From IMG/VR virus record IMGVR_UViG_3300045988_163835: a stretch of DNA of 36,596 bases; one strand, written 5' to 3'. The translations under genes were made by a program, and so were the position numbers. Position 1 is the first letter of the stretch; every line of letters starts with the position of its first letter. This DNA comes from a virus. Positions 30,242-36,596 of this stretch are shown here, in pieces. Under the pieces are notes generated by a model. It saw nothing but the letters and a program-made list of their open reading frames with translations. It did not search any database and had not been told where the DNA came from.

Positions 30242-31777
30242 CTACACCTCCAAGTCCTCTAGATCTTCAATTAATTCCTTTAAATGGAATATTTTAGTTA
30301 CCTTTTTATTATTTTTAGTAGATTTAACAAACTTTAAATAGCCAATCTGGGCAGTTCCAGTAACAATCAATTTATCTATACCAGAACCTTTATTGTTGAA
30401 GATTGCGTTTAATTTCGCATAGTTATATACTCTTATACCGAAATTATCTAATAATGAATTATTAGGATCTGTTGATGTACCTATCGATAAGCCTTTAGTA
30501 CTAAAGTTGAAGTTCATATCTGTTATTTTGCCTTCAAGAGTTTCTATTGTCCCATTAGTAGTTTCTAAACTCTTCTGTACATTTTTTATTGATATATCAT
30601 AATCATTAACTGTTTGGGTTACTTGGGATAATTGACTTGATTGTTCATTTTGCGTTTCTACTACTGCATTAATTTCCTTTTTTATATGATCTACATCCAA
30701 TTTAATTTTGTTTGTATTTTCTTTTGAACTTCCAGCAAGTTTATAATCTGTAGTACTTTTTTCTTGTACATCAGCACCAATTTTACTTCTAATTCTGCTA
30801 GTAGTTTCGTAATTAAGTATCACACCATTAAAAAAATTACCTTTTTTATCGGTAATTTTAATAATATCATTAAGGTCATAACAAAAGCCATCTACAAAAT
30901 CAGTAAGTTCAAATGGTATAATAGACATGCCCATAATATAATTAGCAACTGTATTTATCATTTCTTCTTTATATAAATCAACAAATGGATTGTCTAATAT
31001 TTTCCATTCAACAACATTTTCAGGTTTAATTGTAGGATAAGATATATCATTATTCATATCTTTTTTTCCTAATGTCACAACATTAATTAGACCAAATTGT
31101 TGTTCCTTACTCAATTTGATATAACGGCTGTTAGAAACAGTATGGTTAGTGTTATATTGGTTTTTAATTGCTAATTTACCATTACGATTAATAAAAGCAA
31201 CGGCTCCACCTATTTCAGCCAATCTACTTATAACTTCTCTATATGTTGTGGTTTCATCAAAATTAGGTTGTCTAAAATCATAGTCATACCAATTGAAATC
31301 GGTCGTTTCTAATTCTATTCCCAATTTTGTACATATTTCTTGAACAATTTCTAAACCAGTATGTGTTTCATTATTTGACCAAACTAATAGACTTTCATAC
31401 TTATCACTAAAAAGTTGTCCCTTGTCTTGTATATCTTTAAAGCTTATTGTTTTTTGAGATACATTAGTAGTAATTTGCTCTGCTCTAGGAATAAATATAC
31501 CTTGTGGAACATATTCCATCACACCATTTATTTCAATTCCTTTATAAATAGTTATTTCTTTATCTTTAAAGTCTAAATTTCCATTAATATCATATATTTC
31601 AAAATTGCAAGTTTTAATTGGAAAACCACCAATCATTGCACTATTTTTGTGTGTTATTTTAGGAGTAGTTTTTATTTCGGATACATATTCTACATTATCT
31701 ACGACAATTTTACTTTTTGTTTTTAATGATGTCTTTTGTTCCAATTCATTTTTATAATTATTACTTATAGCATACAT
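30242..31777 (-). CDS. Tail-associated (Tal-like) baseplate protein
   Basis: 511-aa ORF after the Dit-like gene, with a C-terminal coiled-coil. Confidence 0.55.
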   Translation of the reverse strand: MYAISNNYKNELEQKTSLKTKSKIVVDNVEYVSEIKTTPKITHKNSAMIGGFPIKTCNFEIYDINGNLDFKDKEITIYKGIEINGVMEYVPQGIFIPRAEQITTNVSQKTISFKDIQDKGQLFSDKYESLLVWSNNETHTGLEIVQEICTKLGIELETTDFNWYDYDFRQPNFDETTTYREVISRLAEIGGAVAFINRNGKLAIKNQYNTNHTVSNSRYIKLSKEQQFGLINVVTLGKKDMNNDISYPTIKPENVVEWKILDNPFVDLYKEEMINTVANYIMGMSIIPFELTDFVDGFCYDLNDIIKITDKKGNFFNGVILNYETTSRIRSKIGADVQEKSTTDYKLAGSSKENTNKIKLDVDHIKKEINAVVETQNEQSSQLSQVTQTVNDYDISIKNVQKSLETTNGTIETLEGKITDMNFNFSTKGLSIGTSTDPNNSLLDNFGIRVYNYAKLNAIFNNKGSGIDKLIVTGTAQIGYLKFVKSTKNNKKVTKIFHLKELIEDLEDLEV

Positions 31778-31779
31778 AA

Positions 31780-32148
31780 TTATTCAACTCCATTTGTAAT
31801 AAATCTAATTTGAAATGGATCAGTGTGAAATTCATCATTAATAAGATTAGCAGTTATTTTATCACCAGCAACATACATTGATTTAGTAACAAAGCCTTTT
31901 TCTTTCAAATCATAAAATGTCACACTACAATCTGTCTCTTCAAGTAGATTAATTAGTTCTGCAGCTTTCATTTCATCTCTATAATCTTTAAAGTCGTAAT
32001 ATACTTTTTTTATCATACCTATGACATCATGATACATAGTTCCATCATCACTTCTACCAGCATTATCTCCTTCTTGCATAGAATATTCCCAACCAATGCC
32101 ATCAGCAGTATAAATAGTGTTATTTATTTTAAATTGATTTTTTTTCAT
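31780..32148 (-). CDS. Distal tail protein-like (short, 122 aa)
   Basis: Lies immediately downstream of the tape measure gene. It is shorter than typical Dit proteins. Confidence 0.4.
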   Translation of the reverse strand: MKKNQFKINNTIYTADGIGWEYSMQEGDNAGRSDDGTMYHDVIGMIKKVYYDFKDYRDEMKAAELINLLEETDCSVTFYDLKEKGFVTKSMYVAGDKITANLINDEFHTDPFQIRFITNGVE

Positions 32149-32181
32149 CTTTTCACCTCTTAATTAAGTTAAAAGAGAAGT

Positions 32182-34494
32182 CTATACTAACAATAGAACT
32201 TCTCCTTCTTCTATTTGTGCTTGATTGATTTTCTTTATAATTTTTCTTCCGTCCTCATATCTTACCTCTAAAATAATTCTCATTTCTTTGGTATTACTTA
32301 AAGAATTACTATCTTTAATAGCTTTCATTGCTTGCTCATATATTTTGCTTTCTGGTGTTGTTATTTCTGGTTCACGCTTGTTATCACCAACAATAGCAAG
32401 TTGTGGATCATTTTTTTTAAAATAACCACCTTGTGCTAATTTTGGTATTTTACCTATATTCAAGCCTTTTCCTCCAACTCCCGGTACCCAACTTGGTATT
32501 TTAATTTTGTTAAGTCCTCCTATAAAAGCATTTATACCATCAATAATTAAATTAATAGGAAATTTAAACACAGCAACTAAACTATCAACAATACCTCCAA
32601 ATATATCTTTAACACCTTGCCAAGCCTTTTTCCAATTGCCAGTAAATATACCTGTTATAAAGTCAATAATTCCGCCAAGAGTTCTAAATATCGAACCCAC
32701 AACATCACTTATTACCGCCACAACACTACCAAAAACACCACTTATCAAGTTACCTAAATAACTAAAAACTGGTGCTAATTTATCATAAATCCAACTCATT
32801 ATAGGATAAATAAATTTATTGTATATCTCCAAAGCACCATTAACTAATTTTCCTATAAAATCTCCAACTTTTGTTACAACTTTACTTAAATGTTCTTCCC
32901 ATAACCAAGACATTGTTTCTAAAAATGGTGTAATTATTGGTTCCAAAACATTATCCCATACTTTTTGAAACAAACTTATTATATTTGTAACAAATTCACC
33001 TATATTATTCACAAGTGGTGCACCATGTTTATCCCATAAAATTTTTAAGATACCACTAAAATCAGCCCATCCTTGAGTTATAAGTTGTAATGCAGGGTCT
33101 ATTGCAGTGGTCCATATAGAATTAAAAAGACCACTAACACCATCTATAATAGGTTGTCCCCATGTTTGAATACCATTTGATATATCAGTCCAAAAAGTAG
33201 TCCAAAAACCAGACATATTAGTTAAAGTAATTGAAACATTTCCTTTTATATTATCCCAAGTAGTCTTTGAATTTGATACAAAATCTGTGCCTAATGTTTT
33301 CCAGTAATCCCATAAAAAAGAGCCATAATTAGTTACCGCTCCTACAAATGCACTTATTGGTTCACTATTCCAAGCACTTTTTACTTTATCTTTTATTTTA
33401 TCTAATATAGATATTGTTCCACTATCATCAATAGTAGGAGTTACTATTGAAGTACTAGATCTAGTATCAGTTCCACCACCATCACCAGAACCAGAAGAAC
33501 TATCTTTAGTTTTTAAAACATTTACTTCATCTACTCCAGCAAATGCTTTGTTAATCTTTTTTGCAGATGTTACTGCATCATTCGCAGAATCTTTAGCACT
33601 TGTACCTATTCCAGCAATGCTATCACTGGTCTTTGATACCACATCAGGCATTTTTAAACCAAATGTACCCATAACTACTTGTATTTTCTCAAATAGTCGT
33701 GTTACAGCATTTATAGCACTATTTATAATCGGAATAAATAATTGTGCTATTGGTGTTACTACCTTTCCAATTGCAACAGTCATCTGATTAAAATTGAATT
33801 TTAATTGTTGTATTTGTCCCGAAAAAGTTTTTGTATATGCACTAGCATCACCAACTTGGAACCTTGTTTCTTTCATTATCCCATTGTATTCAGCTTGTAT
33901 TTTTTGGGCTTGCGTCATTGCAGAAGTGGTAGTACCATGTGCTTTAGCCCAATCTTCCCACATCTTTGCAACATTTTTAGTAACACCAGCATTATCAACA
34001 AGAATACTATTCTCATTTTTAAGACCCTCCGTAGCAGTTACTACAGCCTCTCCTAAATCATATGATGCTTGTCTACCAAAGGCAGCACTATCTTTTAGTC
34101 GAGTAAGAGTATCCTCAATTTGAGAAGTGTCATATCCTCTAGATAATAGATTTTTATATGCAGTAGCAGTCTCTTCTATAGATACTAAACCATCGGCAGT
34201 ATACTTTTTAATAAAATCTTGTGCTTCTGAAAATGAATTGCCAGTACCTTGTACAATACTATTTAATCCTGTAAAAGCACTTTGAGCTTTACTAGCACTT
34301 GAAACACATTCTTTAGTAAAGTTGACAACTTGTTTGACTGCAAATGCTCCAGCAATAAAACCACCTATTTTTTTGAAAGTACCAGAAAAAGCATTTTCAC
34401 TACTTTTTAATTTATTATTTAACTGTTTATCATAGTTAGAATCATTTAGTTTTAAATCAACTCCAACCGCACCTACAGTAGTTGCTTTTGCCAT
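32182..34494 (-). CDS. Tail tape measure protein
   Basis: 770 aa. TP901-type core (AFGRQASYDLGEAVVTATEGLKNENSILVDNAGVTKN) and Gly/hydrophobic repeats. Start moved to ATG 34494 (GGAGG RBS). Confidence 0.9.
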   Translation of the reverse strand: MAKATTVGAVGVDLKLNDSNYDKQLNNKLKSSENAFSGTFKKIGGFIAGAFAVKQVVNFTKECVSSASKAQSAFTGLNSIVQGTGNSFSEAQDFIKKYTADGLVSIEETATAYKNLLSRGYDTSQIEDTLTRLKDSAAFGRQASYDLGEAVVTATEGLKNENSILVDNAGVTKNVAKMWEDWAKAHGTTTSAMTQAQKIQAEYNGIMKETRFQVGDASAYTKTFSGQIQQLKFNFNQMTVAIGKVVTPIAQLFIPIINSAINAVTRLFEKIQVVMGTFGLKMPDVVSKTSDSIAGIGTSAKDSANDAVTSAKKINKAFAGVDEVNVLKTKDSSSGSGDGGGTDTRSSTSIVTPTIDDSGTISILDKIKDKVKSAWNSEPISAFVGAVTNYGSFLWDYWKTLGTDFVSNSKTTWDNIKGNVSITLTNMSGFWTTFWTDISNGIQTWGQPIIDGVSGLFNSIWTTAIDPALQLITQGWADFSGILKILWDKHGAPLVNNIGEFVTNIISLFQKVWDNVLEPIITPFLETMSWLWEEHLSKVVTKVGDFIGKLVNGALEIYNKFIYPIMSWIYDKLAPVFSYLGNLISGVFGSVVAVISDVVGSIFRTLGGIIDFITGIFTGNWKKAWQGVKDIFGGIVDSLVAVFKFPINLIIDGINAFIGGLNKIKIPSWVPGVGGKGLNIGKIPKLAQGGYFKKNDPQLAIVGDNKREPEITTPESKIYEQAMKAIKDSNSLSNTKEMRIILEVRYEDGRKIIKKINQAQIEEGEVLLLV

Positions 34495-34506
34495 AAAATG
34501 CACCTC

Positions 34507-34851
34507 CTATCCAAACATTTTTGAAAATATTTTTGAAATATCTTCAGTTTTTAGTTCTATTTTTTTGATTTTATTATTTTTTCTTCTAAATTCAGCCCAT
34601 TCACTACGAATTTCTTTTTCTTTTTTTGTCATTTGTCTTATTTTCTTTGAATCAGTTTCCGCTCTGATTTGTACAACATATCCAAGTGGTGTTTCACCAT
34701 TTAATCCAGATAATAGTTGTCTAAACTCCTGACAAGGAATATTTTCATATTCGTAATAAAGTCTAATTCCGTATTGTTGAGCAAAACTAGAGACAATCAA
34801 GTCCCAATCAAACCTTAAATCATAATAAGTTTCTGGGACTATTAGTTTTTT
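34507..34851 (-). CDS. Tail assembly chaperone T extension, expressed as a G-T fusion by -1 frameshift
   Basis: The -1 frame is open from the slip site (..KKLIVPETYYDLRFDWDLIVSSFAQQ..) to the stop at 34507. It has no independent RBS. Confidence 0.6.
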   Translation of the reverse strand, partial: KKLIVPETYYDLRFDWDLIVSSFAQQYGIRLYYEYENIPCQEFRQLLSGLNGETPLGYVVQIRAETDSKKIRQMTKKEKEIRSEWAEFRRKNNKIKKIELKTEDISKIFSKMFG

Positions 34852-35177
34852 CTCATTTGTTCTTTTGATTGTTTTTCTAGTAAATTAGGATCTTCTCCAA
34901 TGATTGCACCTATAATACAATAAGATAAATGCATCGCACTTGAAACAGGTAAATCTAAATCTTCTATTTCTTTACTTGCCTCTTTTCCTAATGCTAATTC
35001 ATAAATTTTTGAAGTTCTTTCTTTTTCATTCAATTCCTTATCTTCTTGAGTTTCTTGTATTTTTTCCCAAGTTTTCTGTCTATCATCAACAGTATAAAGT
35101 TTGTCTCCAATTTTTAATTGTGGATGGTTATCTCCACTTAATATTTCTTTTGTTATTCCAGTATCAATTATTCTCAT
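34842..35177 (-). CDS. Tail assembly chaperone G (111 aa)
   Basis: Acidic ORF between the major tail and tape measure genes. It ends ..MRKN-TAA on the slippery site. Confidence 0.7.
   Translation of the reverse strand: MRIIDTGITKEILSGDNHPQLKIGDKLYTVDDRQKTWEKIQETQEDKELNEKERTSKIYELALGKEASKEIEDLDLPVSSAMHLSYCIIGAIIGEDPNLLEKQSKEQMRKN
34845..34851 (-). promoter_or_regulatory. -1 programmed frameshift slippery heptamer A_AAA_AAC
   Basis: Minus-strand AAAAAAC in X_XXY_YYZ register, immediately before the G stop codon. Confidence 0.65.
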
Positions 35178-35231
35178 TTATATTCATCCTTTCTTTTTAT
35201 AAAATAAAAAAGGGTAAAGATTTAAATATCC

Positions 35232-35681
35232 TTACCCTGTTGTAGCTGCTGTAAAAGTTGGCTTTCCTTTACAAGTAATATCACCACTTAATGGTGCTAC
35301 ATCAGTTGCAGCCCCTAATATGTCAGTTAAAGCAGTAACAGCAGTAAACTCCAACTTAGAACCATCTGGAAAATCAATTTCCCAATCAGCCTCAGCATCT
35401 TTAGCTAGTTTATATCTTAGTCCTTCTACATAGTCATTTCCTGTGTCACCTAGTGTTCTTTTTCCACTAAAAGAACCACTCAATGCTTTTGCGGTTAGTA
35501 AAGCATTTTGCCAACCACCATCATTTATTGAATACCAAGTTTCAGTATTGCTTTCAATACTTAAACTAAATTCTTCTAAATCTGCTACTTCACTATAAAC
35601 TGCTTGTCCAGAAGCACCAGATGTTTTGACTTTGACCTTACAATTACTTACTGAATATTGTCCGATTGTAATATTTGCCAT
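35232..35681 (-). CDS. Major tail protein
   Basis: 149-aa ORF upstream of the chaperones. Start moved to ATG 35681. Confidence 0.65.
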   Translation of the reverse strand: MANITIGQYSVSNCKVKVKTSGASGQAVYSEVADLEEFSLSIESNTETWYSINDGGWQNALLTAKALSGSFSGKRTLGDTGNDYVEGLRYKLAKDAEADWEIDFPDGSKLEFTAVTALTDILGAATDVAPLSGDITCKGKPTFTAATTG

Positions 35682-35690
35682 ATTTATCAC

Positions 35691-36080
35691 TTACCTTTCT
35701 TCATAAAAATTTAATTCTATAGAGTATTCATACACATTATTATCATCTGTCCCTAAATTAATAGGCTCAGCATATATCATTTGTGTAAATACCCGTTTTT
35801 CATTAATGAAAAACGACCTCTCGTTAAAGAAGTCATATATTTTTTGTGCCATTATCTCGGCATCATTTTGATTTTTAGTATATCTTAATAGAATTGTTAC
35901 TGCTTTTATATTTGTAGATTTGTTTTTAATACCACCAAATACTCCAACATAACTTCCATTCATTTTCGAATTATAAAAGCATATTGCTTTGTCTTTGTTA
36001 TTATCAATTTTACCTATACTAATAGAGTCAATCCACTTAAATTCACTTTTAAAGTAATCTTTATATTCTTTTAAAGTCAT
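35691..36080 (-). CDS. Tail terminator / tail completion protein
   Basis: 129 aa, between the HK97 gp10-like gene and the major tail gene. Called from position only. Confidence 0.45.
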   Translation of the reverse strand: MTLKEYKDYFKSEFKWIDSISIGKIDNNKDKAICFYNSKMNGSYVGVFGGIKNKSTNIKAVTILLRYTKNQNDAEIMAQKIYDFFNERSFFINEKRVFTQMIYAEPINLGTDDNNVYEYSIELNFYEER

Positions 36081-36451
36081 TTTAACTTTCCTTTCAATAT
36101 TTTTGTAAAAGTTTTAGTCGCAAATTTCTTTTTATTACCGTTGATATATGATTCAAACCATGCACCACCAGCATTTTTATTATGTGTCTTTTGATAATTA
36201 TATTCAGGATGAAAATAAAGTCTCCTAGCATATACAGTATCAGATACAATAGACACAACGCCACTGCTTTTTTTAGAATCATCAATAAATGTACTTCTAT
36301 TTTGCAATGCTCCAGTATCAAATGGCATTATTTGACTTTGTTCTAAATCACTTTTTAACGCATCTGCAGTTTCAACTAAAGCCTCTTGCATTAATTTCTT
36401 AACATAAGCATTACCTTTAAGATCTATTTTACTTGTAACTTTAACTTTCAT
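36077..36451 (-). CDS. HK97 gp10-family head-tail joining protein
   Basis: 124 aa. IMPFDTGALQNRS and VYARRLYFHPE segments resemble the gp10 family. ATGA overlaps at both ends. Confidence 0.55.
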   Translation of the reverse strand: MKVKVTSKIDLKGNAYVKKLMQEALVETADALKSDLEQSQIMPFDTGALQNRSTFIDDSKKSSGVVSIVSDTVYARRLYFHPEYNYQKTHNKNAGGAWFESYINGNKKKFATKTFTKILKGKLK

Positions 36452-36596
36452 TTTATTTCGAACTCCGTATGATGTATAGTTCCATTAGGATTTCTAGGTC
36501 TATAACCTGCATGTATCTCATAATTACATCCATTTATAGTAATAACGCCATCACTAATATTACTTAATGATGGTGCTATATCTCCCTTAATAATAA
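36448..36596 (-). CDS. Head closure / head-tail adaptor protein, C-terminal part of the junction-spanning ORF
   Basis: In-frame continuation of 1..254 across the circular junction. It ends ..NPNGTIHHTEFEIK, then TGA at 36450-36448. Confidence 0.6.
   Translation of the reverse strand, partial: IIKGDIAPSLSNISDGVITINGCNYEIHAGYRPRNPNGTIHHTEFEIK
36542..36596. repeat. Terminal duplication, identical to 1..55
   Basis: Exact 55-nt identity. Confidence 0.95.

Larger units (their letters stand above)
1..36596. mobile_element. Complete temperate siphovirus-type phage genome, circularly closed contig (36541 bp unique)
   Basis: Lysogeny, replication/recombination, packaging, head, tail and lysis modules are all present. 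The two contig ends overlap by an exact 55 nt. An unsplit attP-like region lies next to the integrase. Confidence 0.9.

Noticed and set aside
29394-34123. Plus-strand track ORFs inside the fibre, Tal-like and tape measure genes (29394..29606, 30764..30976, 32225..32425, 32507..32761, 33548..33787, 33794..34123, 33805..34056)
   Set aside because: They are antisense shadows of long minus-strand tail genes.
34940-35245. Plus-strand 101-aa ORF
   Set aside because: It is antisense to the tail chaperone G gene, with a Leu/Phe-rich low-complexity translation.
36094-36321. Minus-strand 75-aa ORF in an alternative frame
   Set aside because: It lies entirely inside the HK97 gp10-like gene in another frame and has no RBS.

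Overview
The window is a complete, circularly closed genome of a temperate siphovirus-type phage. Unique length is 36541 bp, because nt 1-55 are identical to 36542-36596. The host is probably a very low-GC Firmicute (Clostridium-like AT-rich coding, AGGAGG-type RBSs, many ATGA/TAATG overlaps).

Nearly all genes are on the minus strand.
- Early operon (22102 down to 8745): cro-like HTH, replisome organizer/DnaD with internal iterons, short SSB-like protein, DUF1351-like, RecT, MBL-fold protein, SSB, YkgJ-like Cys-cluster protein, NinB-like protein, about 30 small ORFans, and an ArpU/RinA-like activator.
- Packaging and head: terS, terL, portal, a MuF (SPP1 gp7-like) fusion protein, scaffold, major capsid.
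- Head-tail joining genes, one of which wraps across the contig junction.
- Tail: major tail protein, G/GT chaperone with an AAAAAAC -1 slip site, tape measure, Dit/Tal-like proteins, fibre genes.
- Lysis: two holin-like genes and an Amidase_2 + CW_7 endolysin.

The plus strand carries the cI-like repressor, a tyrosine integrase and an HNH-like Zn-finger protein. An unsplit attP with a tRNA 3'-end core lies beside int.

Candidates worth follow-up:
1. An ~80-nt plus-strand RNA gene with a full-consensus promoter and an intrinsic terminator. It is antisense to the early operon and overlaps the 3' end of a 47-aa hydrophobic peptide ORF (lambda OOP-like or type I toxin-antitoxin-like).
2. A G9 homopolymer inside a tiny leader ORF between two tail-fibre genes, next to SD/anti-SD-like GGAG/CTCC elements. 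This may be a phase-variable switch.
3. A MuF protein with a C-terminal PD-(D/E)xK-like domain, followed by an inserted cassette: tRNA-Pro(UGG), a 44-aa membrane peptide, a structured RNA and a terminator.
4. A promoter-bearing two-gene moron and an HNH-like gene between the endolysin and attP.

All functional calls come from motifs read by eye. No database searches were run.
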